NCBI GenBank assembly: GCA_013239625.1
Contig: MU057344.1
Span: 9,398,727-9,462,726, forward strand
Length of the DNA: 64,000 bases
Source: Lama guanicoe
Lineage: Eukaryota
Direction: 5' to 3'
Part shown: piece by piece, positions 10,897 to 22,970 of the stretch
How the letters are laid out: every line of letters starts with the position of its first letter
How positions within the stretch are numbered: position 1 is the stretch's first letter
Notes under the pieces: model-generated
Told to the model about the DNA's origin: nothing
Seen by the model: the letters and a program-made list of their open reading frames with translations, nothing else
Database searches by the model: none
Position numbers and translations under genes: made by a program

Positions 10897-13800
10897 GTAC
10901 AAAGATCAGTAGAGAAGTTCTACATGGAGTAGGCGGTAACCTTTTGTTTTTGTTGTTTTGTGTTTTGTTTGGTTTGGTATAAGCTGTGCTAAAACGTTCA
11001 CCTATCACATTCGTTGCAACTGCTTTTGTGATCAACAGCCACATAACAGACATTCTGATGTACTGCGTTTTGGATTTCTAATTACGTATTATTTGGGATT
11101 TAGCATTAAAATAGCTCTTTTTAAGTCAAAGAAATAGGGCTTAAAAATAATATACGTGTTGTTTCTGAGAATTTAACAGATCTCCCTTTAGCTTTGGAAA
11201 GTGAAAAGCCATTTACATACAAATTTGGCAGGCGGCAAAGCTGGCAGAGGCTTCAGAGTGGAGCAGTACTTACCCCAAACAGCATCACTGAGTAACTAAT
11301 GAATATTTTGGTACATTTGATGCACCACCAGTAAGCAAATCAGCACTGGTTTTTTTTTTCCTTTTTTTTTCTCTTTTTAATGCTAGCAGTGAATTAATTG
11401 CAGAAGGTATTTAGTTCATTGCATGCTTTGTTGAGATGTGATTCCTCAAGGTTTCTCCTTGTGCACAATTTTATTGAAATATTAAAAGAACAGTGTATCT
11501 CTTCCTTCTGGTTTTGTTGGTGGGTTTCTCCAGATATGCTGACAGGCAAACAGGAGGTGTTTTAAGAGAATGGGCAGTTCTCTACACTCATGAAGCCACG
11601 CTGAACTAGCCTTTAGTGCTGTTTCTACCTCTTCTATATCTAGAAATGTCTCGGAAGATGTTCTTGGGGTCTGGCGTTCCGTGCTGGTTTGTCCTGGAGC
11701 TTTCGTCCGAAGCTTGTTTTCTGTTCAACAGCAGTATGGTTGGAACGGCGGGAGGTTTCCTGCGTTCCGTTCTGTACCAGGTTTTGAACTGTGGTTTCTC
11801 CGCTTTTGTTTCTGTCGTGGTGGTGTTTTATGTTTTGTTTTGTAAATCAATCCTGAAGCCTGGATCTTGTACCAATAAGACTTTAAGTGGCAAGGTTTTT
11901 GTGCAATTCTCACCTGTCAATGCTGGAAGCTGCCCCGCGGGACTTTTGAGCCCCTGTATTGACGTGGCCCAAATTATGCAAAGCCTTTCATTTTTATTCA
12001 CTGCTCTCCCTTTTCCCCTTTATTATGAGCAGCCCATTCAGCCTCTCCTTTCTCCCCAGGCCTGTCTAGTGGAGACCGGAAAGATTCTGAAACTACAACA
12101 ACCAATTTTAAAACTCAGAAAGAAAAAAAGGGAAATTTAGAGCGATTTACCAAATAAAAGAGAGCAAATTGTTCTTGAAAGGATTAGCTTTCCTCAGCGC
12201 CTGGACCCAATCCTATGGCTAATACCGCAGCCGAGGGAACCGTCTAAACGATTCCTTAAAGATGCTGTGTAAACGCTTGTTTGCAAAATCTCCTTCATCT
12301 ATGAGCTTACTAGTGCCTAGAACTGGATTTCAAGAATGTTTAACGTTGCTTAAGGAAATATTTTCTCCCCCTAAACAGCAAATTCATTTAACAAATTTTA
12401 TACATCGTGGCTTTGATCACAATTTTCCCCTTGTTTATCTAATGGGACTAAAGTATCTCGTATAGTGTGGTTACTGTGTGACACATTTTATTACCTCATT
12501 CTCTCCTGATCCCAGATCAATGCCTTTTAAAATTTTCTCACTTAAATAGCTAGGGGAAAATGGAGCAGGATTCGGTGGGTATTCCACTAAGTCATACGTT
12601 CTAAAAGGAAGGTGGGTTGGGTCGTCTTTGGGAGAAAAATTATCAGAGAAAGTCAGGTAGGAAAGTGGTGCAGCGTCTGAAAATGTTTCTTTTGCCTACT
12701 GTTTTTCAAAGGTCCCTCCCTCTTGTGTTTTGGACTAATATAGGATGAAGTGGGTTGTGATTAATCTAAAAATACCACCTTCATTTATTTTCTTCCAAAA
12801 CCATTAACTTTTTGAAACGTTATTTGTGGTTATAAGTCTAAGTCAATGGCTGAGATCAATTAGAATCATGATACTTAATACCCCCAGGCTCAGAACACCT
12901 CTGAAATAACTCTTTTAAGGTCGCCAAACTTATAAAATGTTAAGGAACCCCAACATTTTGGGGATGGCAAGGGTTAATATCTGGTTTTGAATTTTGAAAT
13001 AGACAGCCAGAGATACGTGGTTTTTAATGAGAATCTTTACTGAGCATTTTCGGAAATTTGGTTATTTTCCATTCATTTTCTGACATTGCTTCCTCTTTCC
13101 TCAATTCCAAAGATGAATGAACGTACTTACTTCATTTTCTAAGTTCATCAATAATGGGGGAGTCAAGAGCATGTAACTGTAGCTCCTAGATACCTCCTTC
13201 CGTTCCGGCTGCATTTTGTGATATTAATAGATGTTTGTGTGTTGCAAGATGTAAGCTCTTCAAGAGTAGTAACCACATCCCTAACTTGGTTGGTATAATA
13301 GCTCACTCAGTTCCATACCCAAAGGACTCTTAACAGTATTAGATTATGATGAAATACTCTGACATCAGCTTGCAAGTTGAATGAAGTCAGGCCAAAAGTA
13401 TTTCAGAGAACCTGGAGGCTGCTTCCAGAGTGATTGCTTAAAAGGCATAATCGATTCAAGTCACATCGATCTTGGAAGCAATAAATCCTGCTTAGGAGAA
13501 TGTCAAAGGCAAAAGCATTGCTGGGCTCTGAAATTTCACCTCTGAGGATTATAAAACAGTACGCACAGAGCAAACACATCTCCCAAGTATAATGGGGGTT
13601 TCGGAGATGATTGGCAGGTCTGACAATCCATTGTAGAGAATGAAATCAAGAAGGGACATCTCGCACGGGCAGCCCAGAAGCCTGCAATTATTCACTCATT
13701 CCCCAAGTGCCTGTCTGAACATTTAGGGGGTGTCTGAAAGAGGCAGAGTGTCTCTGTTTGCATTCTATCCGCTTTGTCGTCCCAAGGCCCCCAAATTCGA

Positions 13801-14489
13801 TGACGTGTACCATTGAGATTGCATTTGGAACCTGATCTTGTGGCTTTAATTCCTGAGAGCCCAAACTGCCGACTCAGCCTCGTAAGTGATTAGATTCATA
13901 ACACCGAGGAGGCAATTCTTTCTGGTAGAGATTAATTCTTTTACTCGTACTGTGTGACTCTGCATGCTAAGAGGGGGTTCATTGCTGCAAATTAAATCTC
14001 CTGTTGGCACTTCCCTTCTTCTTCCCCCCGAAGACCTAATATCATTATTTATTAAAAGGTGACCAAATGCTTGGGAAAACAATAAGATTGCTTGGTTGGC
14101 AGCAAGGTCCTCCTCTGGAAGCCTGTGGGTACTAAAAGGCAGAGGCTTTCTGTGCTTCGTGGGGGGCTCCTTCTGCAGGCCATGGAGTCTGGGGTGGCCG
14201 AGGAGGGCCTGTGCTCCACTGACCCTCGGCCGCTGTCCAGGCCTGGCAGTGAGCGAGGCTTCTCTGCCTGGAACGCAGCTGGCCCGGGTTTGAAGGAACA
14301 GCTCAGTTTAAGTGAGGCTGAGTCACTGGTGTACCCCTCCCAGAGGGCCAGCTCTAGGGATGGAATAAGCAAGCCTTTAAAAACAAAAGTCAACTGTACA
14401 ACCATCATCTCTAAGCAAGTCTGCATGAACAGCCTGACAAAAGCCAAGTGTTAGGCCGAAGACAAATGAAATCTGTTTTATCTTTTGGA

Positions 14490-14760
14490 CGGTCCTCTCC
14501 CCCTGCTCTTTCCTCTCTGTCCCTTTTCTTCTTTCCCTCCCCTCCTTCCTTCTCCCCACCCCCAGCATTTCACCTCCTTCCCTCCTGTCTTCTCCTTCTC
14601 TCAACTCTCACTCCTCTCCTCCCTCCCCTGCTTCCTCATCTCTCTGTTGGCAAAATAAATCTGATGTGGAATGAGATTCTGTCCCATTTTCTCCCTCCCT
14701 GTCTTTCCTCATTTCTTCTATTCTTTTTTCTTTTCTCATCTGTCTTTCTCTCTGTTATTT
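14490..14760. repeat. CT-rich low-complexity polypyrimidine tract
   Basis: About 270 bp, mostly C/T on the + strand. Confidence 0.85.
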
Positions 14761-16296
14761 GTGTTCAGGGAACCTGAAAGCATATTTGTTAGACCTAGAA
14801 TACTCTTGCCAAGCAAGATGGGGAAAAGCAGGAAGGGGCGATTGGCAGGAGGCAAACCTGGCATGCGGGAGGCCGGTGGAGGCCCTGCCAGGATCAGAGA
14901 CTCAGTGTGATTTGGGTGATTTCATTTTTTCTCTCTCCCTTTTCTTGTTTTGTTTTCTAGAGCAGTCTAGAAAGCTCCCCTGGGTGATTGTGCTTTCTGA
15001 CTTGTTTCCTGCAAGGATCAGGCTGGTGTAACAGGAATAGACTGGCTGTCTGAGCTTGCCTGGGTACTCTCTCTATCTAGACTGGCCTCAAATGGGGAAG
15101 TGTGGTTTGAAGCAGAGATTCTACCAAAGCAAACCTGGGTTCAGGCTCCTGACAAACAGGAGGGTCAGGTCTGCACAGTGGATGTCAACGGGTGTTGAGA
15201 AGGGGGCTTTGGGAGTCAGGTGGTTGACACACACGCATTACCCAAGGTACGTGTCAGAATGATTGCTCCCATTGCTAGCATGCTCCATCCTTTGATGTAC
15301 TTTCTGAATTCATCCTGTATTCATGGTACAGACGCTGTGGTTATTACTAGCGCAGTTATCTGGTGCGTTCTAGCAGTGCTGGCTTCACGGTCATGCCCAT
15401 GAGTGCTGCCGTGTTAGCAGCCCCGGAGAGTGTCTTGTCCTCACAAGACTGAGGCCCCAGGCAGATACTTCGCTTCCCGAGGTCACAGACACTGGCCGTG
15501 GCTACGAGTAGCACCCCACGTGTAGTTTTTCCTACTATCTTCTGAAATGTGACACCAGACCGAAGCAAGAACGGGAGCGCGCCCCCGTGTTGCAGCAAGC
15601 AGAGAAGAAACTGAAATTAGTACCAGGGCAAAGAGGCAAAGTTCTCATCCTAAGAAAATTACCCTGGGATATTTTAAAGTCTACTCATGCCATCAGACGT
15701 CCACCTCTTAGAGGTCATAGAAGAAAGAAATACTTAAATGGACGCCAAAGAATTGAGTTCACCTAACAGGAAAGCTACAATGGTAAGCTGATTATTCAAA
15801 GAGTCTCAGCTTATCCCCTCCAGTAATCCGCGTGCTTCATTATCCATCCTTTCCTTGCACATTTGAAAAGGCAATGCTATTTTCTGTTCTCAGATGCAAA
15901 GCTATAAAATCAGCAGGTCTGAAGCTTGCAGTTTGTTGCATAATGTACCCAAGCCCACTTCCCTTTCCGCCATGGTGATTTTGATCTTTTAAATAAATAC
16001 AATTTAACCTGTAGGCATTGCTGGGCTTAGATTCCATCCCGCCAGTTACAGTGTTTCTGCAATCACCTTCCCTGTTCAGAAGAAATGGAGGGTGAGATAT
16101 GAAATTGTAATGCCGTTCCTCCCTTAAGCTTGTGTTTAGGTATTTTTCTAAGATAACAGAGAAAAGGAGCCTCTTCTGAGACCTCCGCCACCTTTGCAAA
16201 ATCCATGAGGCAGAATTTTAGGGGAAATTTTGAACTACTGAAAGTTGCTTTCAGTGTTCACCATGCAAAGATCCGGGTATAATCGGAAATGAGATT

Positions 16297-16346
16297 CAAA
16301 CAAAACAAAAAAAACAAAAACAAAAACAAAAGAAAACAAAACAAAA
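16297..16346 (+). repeat. (CAAAA)n-like microsatellite
   Basis: caaacaaaacaaaaaaaacaaaaacaaaaacaaaagaaaacaaaacaaaa. Confidence 0.9.
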
Positions 16347-17861
16347 CCGGACTCCTGTCCACTGCTTTATTCTGACTGGGAAGGAGCATCTCTTAGGATA
16401 CGTAGTATTTGAATGGAATAATCTCTATCAAACTGGCATCATTTCCAAGGATCTGTAAGGGCTAAAAAGCAATTTGGGGATTTATTTTCACATCATAGAA
16501 CCTTTGTGTTACACTTTTAGATACTAAGTGGTTATTTTAATGATAAGCCTTTCAAATGATAATAAAACAGGTTTTGTGCTGGTCTAATAGTTGATGATGG
16601 TTCATGTTACAATGAAGGGAATCTGATACAGTAACACAATTATGGCAGGTTAGTGGTGAGGAACAGGGAGTGGCTCTTTGGTCGGTGTCAGAGACCACCT
16701 CTGGTTAACATAATGGGGGAAACATTTGAACAGAAGCAGGTATCTCTAGGAAAAATGGAAGAACTGTATCTCAGAAAAGACAGGAAAGAGGGCAGCTATG
16801 GAGATTCAGGTGTCAAGAACTAAAGAGCGTTTGCTTCCGGGTGCTGTGGTAGGGCTGAATTAGCTCCAAGCATTTCTCTCTATATGTCCCTTTGATCAAG
16901 GTTCAGATTCTTAAAACAGCCTGCTGACTGGTCTTAGGTCATTGGGTCCTCCTCCTCTTCCTCCTTGGGCGTGGGAGGGTAGGCATATTGATTGGACGGT
17001 CCCACCAAAACCACCGGCAGTGTGGGGAGGCCTTGTTACTGCACGAAGGGAGCGTGGATGGGGGGCAGAGGGAGACAATAAGAAATCTACCATGCATTCC
17101 ACGTACATGAGCTTGGTCCTTGTGTCCCAGCACAGAGCTTGCTTCTACAATAAGGTCTAGGGACAGAGAGGGACAGGATGGTGGCTCTGCCCTAGAGGGA
17201 CTCAGGATACAGTGGGGCAGATAACCAGGCACTGCAGGGTCCTGTGCTAAACACCGATGAAGGCGTGTGTGGCTATGGAAGCTTGGAGGAGGACCCAGCT
17301 GATATTTACAGATCACTTCCTTGTTTACAGAGCATTTTTGCCAGCGTTTTCTCATTTTTTTTCCCACTCAGCCATGAGAGGTACAGGAGATTAGCTATTA
17401 TTGTTGTCTCTATTTTGCAAACTGGGAATTAAGCTTTAATAAAATAGCCTTTTTTATATTGTTCCATCCAGCCCATCACAAGGCAAGCATAATTGTTCCT
17501 CCTTGAAGGCAGTGACCCTCAGAGTATTTGCCTCCTGAAGGGGTTATTACATCGAGAGAAAAGGAGGATGTAATTTGGGGAAAGAAGAAGATTAAAACCT
17601 GGCTTCAGACATACAACAACACTTGTAATGCAAATGTTTTAAACAATTGTAAGAAATACACAATACATTTCCAGAGCTAAACCCTACCCCCTCAGACTTC
17701 TAGAAGTTTAGGGTTCCAAGAACATGGTTTTCAAAAGTCTTTAAATAGAATGTAGAAGGTATTACTGTTCCCTCTAAAATTCCATAGTCTTCTCATGGTG
17801 TCCCCGTATCATGTTGGCAAATATTTGTCTCCCCAAATAATACCCAACCCCACCATTAGAT

Positions 17862-18106
17862 GAGCAGTTCTCAACTGAAAGGAAGGAGAGCAGTTTTGCC
17901 CCAGCCCAGGGGCTTTTGGCAATGTCTAGAGATGTTTTTGGTCGTCACAGCTGGCATGGGTTGGTGGGGAGGCGTAGTGGTACCACTAAAATCTGGTGGG
18001 TAGAGGCCAGGCATGTTGCTGAACTTCCTGCAGTCCACAGGGTGGCCATCCACAACAGAGAATTCTCCAGCCCCAGTGCCAACAGTGTCAACATTGAGAA
18101 GGCCTG
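17862..18106 (+). mobile_element. MER20 (hAT-Charlie DNA transposon), near full length
   Basis: cagttctcaac...tttggcaatgtctagagatgtttttggtcgtcacagctgg...gtgggtagaggccagg...ttgagaaggcctg; degenerate TIRs. Confidence 0.9.
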
Positions 18107-18229
18107 CTTTTAGACCCAACACTGACTTTTTAATTGATCAGGGAACTCTTCCTCCCTCAGAATCATTTCCTTTAAATCCCTACAATTCATCATAACTGGT
18201 CCTCAAGATATATCTTAGTTATCTGTGTA

Positions 18230-18478
18230 TTCATTTTCTCATTCAATGAGCATCTACAGTGTGCTGAGCCCTGTGCTAGACTGTGGGGAACATCCGTGAA
18301 AACAAAAGAAAGATCTTTGCCCTCAAGGATCTTGTGGTTTCATCGGGGTGAGTGACTGGAAACATGAAAGTAAACAAATGAGTTTCAGTACTTGTCTTCG
18401 ATGTATATTAGGACCTAATTTAATTTGGGTAAGGGATCAAATGCTTTCTCTTTGAACGTGACATTTAAACTGAGATCT
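18230..18478 (-). mobile_element. LINE-2 3' end (host of the SINE insertion)
   Basis: attcaatgagcatctacagtgtgctgagccctgtgctagactgtgggg...gccctcaaggatctt...gtgacatttaaactgagatct. Confidence 0.7.
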
Positions 18479-18480
18479 AA

Positions 18481-18584
18481 GGGGGTGGAAAATAGCTCAG
18501 TGGTAGAGCACATGCTTAGCATATGTGAGGTCCTGGGTTCAACCCCCAGTACCTCCATTAAAAAATAATAAAATAAAATAAAAA
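18481..18584 (+). mobile_element. tRNA-Ala-derived short SINE (Vic-1 type, camelid)
   Basis: A box (tagctcagtggtaga) and B box (gggttcaaccc), tRNA-Ala(AGC)-like body, A-rich tail, flanked by TSD TAAACTGAGATCT (18466-18478 and 18585-18597). Confidence 0.85.
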
Positions 18585-18597
18585 TAAACTGAGATCT

Positions 18598-18670
18598 GAG
18601 AAGAGAGAGAGAGAGGGAGATAGAAGAGAGACACACACACACAGAGAGATAGACCGAGACTGAGACAGAT
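18598..18670 (+). repeat. (GA)n/(CA)n compound microsatellite
   Basis: gagagagagagagggagatagaagagagacacacacacacagagagat. Confidence 0.85.
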
Positions 18671-18811
18671 TTCTTCTCATGTCATATTGTGTATATCTGT
18701 ACTTTAATTTACTTGTGTGTGTTTAGCATTACTCCATGAGATAACTGGAAGTAGATCTCCTGGGATGTTGCAAAAGAAGTAAGCAAATTATTTATTCCAG
18801 AAATTTACATT

Positions 18812-19098
18812 AATTTTTTTTTTACCAAAGTATAGTTCGTTTACAATGTTGTGTCAATTTCTGGTACACAGCACATTACTTCAGTCATATAGGAGCATCA
18901 TATATTCGTTTTCATATTATTTTTCACCATAGGTTACTATAAGATACTGAATGTAGTTCTCTGTGCTATACAGTATGAACTTGTTGTTTATCTGTGTTAT
19001 GTATATCAGTTAGTCTCTACAAATCTAGAACTCCCAATTTATTCCTTCCCACCCCTTTCCTGCCCTGGTAACCATAAATTTGTGTTCTGTGTCTGTGA
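18812..19098 (-). mobile_element. Young 5'-truncated LINE-1 (3'UTR only, artiodactyl/camelid type)
   Basis: Poly-T then antisense L1 3'UTR; perfect 14-bp TSD CAGAAATTTACATT (18798-18811 and 19099-19112). Confidence 0.92.
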
Positions 19099-20181
19099 CA
19101 GAAATTTACATTTAATCTAGGGATTGTAGAAATTCCAACTGACCCCTCAACAACAGAGGATCTTCTGTCCTTTGCCTACGGGTGTCCATAGGGAACCAGG
19201 ATCTGTCTCTTCATGCTGGATGCTGTGGACACAGAGACACATACAAAGGAAGGCTGGCATTAGTTCACCGAGCTACATGAGACCTAGGAGTCAGACGGTT
19301 GAAGGGAAAGCGGGGAAGATGTGGGGTTATCCTGGACAAGACAATGAAGAGGCGAAGCCGCAGTTACTTAACTGGAGAGCTGCAACATAGAACCTGGCCA
19401 GCAGTCAATTCTCAGTTATGCACCTGTAGATCAGTAACTTTGCCAGTCATCTGTGGGCAAAGCATTCGTTCCCTGGTGGCGTGCACTCAGGAAATGTAAA
19501 CCAATGCTGGTCCGAATGGGACATAATTAGAAACATAGTTTTGTTGCCAATATTTTTTTCCACCATAATGGAATTCAATACCAGACTTTTCCTTTAGTAT
19601 CGGTTATTTATTTTTTGTTTTTTTTCTTTTTAACACTGTGGCTCCTATCCATTAGTCAGATAATGGAAAGCCTAATGCATACCATATAATTACAAACCTA
19701 AAATAACTTAAGCTTAGGATAGTAATTCTTGTACAGAGCTCTTGGGGCCTCCCATTCACATTAAACTCAAACCTTCCCTGAGGAGCAGCCAGGGAAATTG
19801 AGGCACATGTGGCTAAGTGTCATCACTCAAATCCTGTGATGGCTCTGGGAGCAGAGCCAGCAGGTCTTCTAGATGTCAACTCAAGCCAAGATTCCATGTT
19901 CCTTCACTCCCTTGTCTCAGAGTAAATCACGCTTAGGAGCATTTTGATGTGAGATGGTGACCTGGCTGTTCCAAGTGCTCATGTATTCCTGTGGAAACAA
20001 ACTCACTCGCTTTGGCCAGCTTAGTAGCTCAGATGTTTAATTTCAGAGTGGATATTCTTGTCTTAGATTACTGATACTAACCTAATCACTCTTCCCTCTG
20101 CTCCCCACCCCCTACCCCGGGAGTGTAAGGCAAAGAAAGGAAGCTCGTGATAGAATTGATCATGAAAATCATGGCATAGAC

Positions 20182-20635
20182 TAGCATCACTTAACTGCTG
20201 CGTAACAACCCATCCCAAAACTGAATGGCTTAAAACAACAACTCTGTATTTACTTCTTAAAAGTCTATTGGTTGATTGGATAATTCTGCTAAAATGACAT
20301 GGGTGGCTGATCTTGGCTGGTCTCCCACATACATTTGTGGTCACTGGGACTTGGCTGGTCTAAGGTGGCCTCCACTGGTGTGATTCAGCTTTCCTCCACA
20401 AATCCTGCACATCCCTCCAGCAGGCTAACTCTGGAGTGTTCTCATGGTGGTGACAGGGGCCATAAAAAGGGGACATGCACAAAAGTAACTGCGTTTCCAG
20501 GCTGTGTTTGTATCGGGGTTGCTACTATTTTATTGGCCAGGGCAAGTCCAATTACCAAGCCCAGAGTCAGTGTGGGGAAGGCACCGCCAAAGGGAGGAGT
20601 GACACACGGGCCATCAATGCAGTCAGCCTACCACA
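20182..20635 (-). mobile_element. MaLR LTR (MLT1G/H-like)
   Basis: tgctgcgtaacaacccatcccaaaactgaatggcttaaaacaac...ttggccagggcaagtc...cctaccaca. Confidence 0.8.
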
Positions 20636-21129
20636 CACAGCAAATCAGCAGAAGATTTCTTAGCATAACTCCGGGCGATTTTTTGATCTGTTGGACATGG
20701 GAGTTTGAAATGTCCTAATTAGCAAGCTTCATGCACATTCTCTTTTGGAAAGACTGCTCCAGTCAGTTTATTTAGTGGGACATGAATTGTGCTCTTCTGC
20801 CCTGATACGTGCACAGAGGACAGACTGTGTTTGAACAGCTGGAGGATATATTTTAAGAGGGATCTATGTCAGGCTTGGACAGGATGATTTCAAATGGGCT
20901 CGTGACCAAATGTGAGAAGTGTGGGTTTGTGTTAGCTCTAGAAACATGATGAGCTGTTAAAAGACCATTGTTGTCGCTAGCTGTTGGAGCCAGGTGCATG
21001 ACTAATTTGTTCAGCACATGCTTCCTGAGCTCATCCCAACCACGTGAAAGGCACAGTGGTAAACATTGCAGGGGGATGTGAGAAATAAAAGTGACAGAGG
21101 ATCATGGAGTCCTTCATGTGCGCCAAACA

Positions 21130-21760
21130 CTCCGCTGGGGACTTTGTCTCACTTACATTATCTCATTTGCAAGGTGCATGTTATTTCCCCTATTTTATGG
21201 ATAGGAAAGGAGGTCCAGAGAAGACACTTACTTAAGATCACACATCTAGTGGGTAGCCATGCTACTTTGACTGTAAAAATGGTTGCAATTCTTTATGCAA
21301 TATGAATCTGCAGCCTTTCCCATTATGAGTGAGAGTCTACGTCCCCACCCCCTTGAATCTGAGCTGGCCTGTGATTTAGTTCATCCAAAACAATGTACTG
21401 AAAGGGTGAGTCAGTCCAGAGCCCAGAACTCAAGATGCCTTGCATGTTTCTGCTCCTTCTTAAAACCTTGCGTCTGGGCTAGCCAGCTGGAGGAGGAACT
21501 TCCCTTCAGAATGGAACAGAGGTGAGTCTCCCTGTGGGCACGTCATAGACCAGGCAGCTCCCAGCTGACCTACTGAAGAGCAAACCCAGATGAAGTCACC
21601 TGAGCTCAGCCCAGAGCAGCAGAATCACCAATCCTTCTGTAGCCCTGTGAGAAATAATAAATGGTGGTGATTGTAAGCCTCTAATTTTCAAGGTGGTTTG
21701 TTATACGGCAAGAGCTGACTGATACAATATTAGAGCCAGTATCTGAAGTCAGATACCTGT
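21130..21760 (-). mobile_element. MIR SINE split by an MLT1 insertion
   Basis: cctattttatggataggaaaggagg...aagatcacacatctagt before the LTR; agagccagtatctgaagtcaga resumes after it. Confidence 0.6.
21250..21726 (+). mobile_element. MaLR LTR (MLT1H-like)
   Basis: cccttgaatctgagctggcctgtga...aataaatggtgg...taagcctctaatttt...gtggtttgttatacggcaagagctgactgataca. Confidence 0.85.
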
Positions 21761-21924
21761 GTTAGGTCTGACTGATACCTAACCCCTGTAACCAGAAGGC
21801 AGACTGGGAAATGTGGTCTAACCATGCTCGCAGGAGAAAAAGAAAATGGATTTGGTGAGTCTTTAGCGAGTCTCTGCCACACATGCCCTCTGGTTTCACA
21901 TCATTCATCCAACTTGAAACCATA

Positions 21925-22970
21925 ATAATGGTGGGGGAAATTTTTAATGCATTCAAACAAAGGGATGACATGGTTATATTTGGGTGCTTGAAAGATCACT
22001 GTGGAGGAGGTGTGACAGGTGGATGGATTGGAATGAGATCGAAGACAGTAGACAGTCTGTTTTGGCAAGAGATAGTGGGGCAGGAAATTTAAAGAAGGAA
22101 CATATTCAGGATATGTTTAAGTAGGACTGCCACTCATTGAGATTTTGGGGTGCAAGACAGACAAGTCTAGGATGAATCTCAGAATTTGGCTTGGATACCT
22201 GGGGAAATGGTAGCATCTGACAAAGGAAACAGGAAGAGCAGGTTTGCAGGGGAGTTCAGTTTGGGGGGTCTATGAAGATTGAGGGACTTATGGGACATCT
22301 AGGTAGGACTGTGTAGGAGACAATCAAATATCTGCCTTCAGCTTCAGAGAGAGTTGTAGGCTGAAGCAACAGAGCTGGCGTCATCAGTGTATGTACTGAT
22401 GATCAGTTACACTGTATCAGTCACAGTTCTTAGTAGCAGGCAACAGAGTCTGCTTTAACTAACTTAAGTATAAAGGCCTTTTAAGAAAAAACAAAATGTT
22501 TTGAGATATTTTGGCAGTTCGCAGAATCTCCAGGAGGTCTTGAAAATTAAGTTTGAAGGCTACATAGTCAGGAGTAACAGTAGCCAGGAGAAACCATCCA
22601 ACTGTCCCACAAGACTGTTGGTGGAAACTGCATGGCTACTGCCTCACACAGCCCAGCACACAGGACACTGAACCCTGGGCTCATCCCAGGCTATGCCTCC
22701 AGTTTGCTAAAAGGGACAGTGTCCTCCCTTGCAGTGGCGACCTCATTGTCCACTTCCACTTCATTCAGGAAGAACCTTAGCCACAGGGGAATCTGGGAGA
22801 TGTGGTTTTAGCTTTCCATTTTATGTAGTCCAAGGAAGTGGGTCTGAGGATTGGAGTATGTGGGTGAACCAATGCATGGTACCCCCAGCATAAGAATACA
22901 GGAAATCACATGGGGAAGTCCTGCAGTGAGGAACGAAAGAGGAAGAAACGCTCTGTGGAGAAGTCAACAA
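21925..22970 (-). mobile_element. LINE-2 ORF remnant, interrupted by an old MLT1 LTR at about 22412-22880
   Basis: Purine-rich antisense L2 (gaaagatcactgtgg...gagttcagtttgg...ggacatctaggt...gtcatcag); the insert starts tgtatcagtcacagttcttagtagcaggcaacaga. Confidence 0.65.

Noticed and set aside
10570-10932. 120-aa single-exon ORF from the ORF track
   Set aside because: The N-terminal half is translated intron and polypyrimidine tract (FLSFFLSFFFF); only 10739-10896 is exonic
11616-12140. 174-aa ORF
   Set aside because: Non-ATG start and low-complexity F/L/S/V composition; only the last 26 codons are kept, as a candidate spliced exon
18481-18557. tRNA-Ala(AGC) gene
   Set aside because: Acceptor stem disrupted, followed by an A-rich tail and flanked by a TSD, so it is a SINE rather than a functional tRNA
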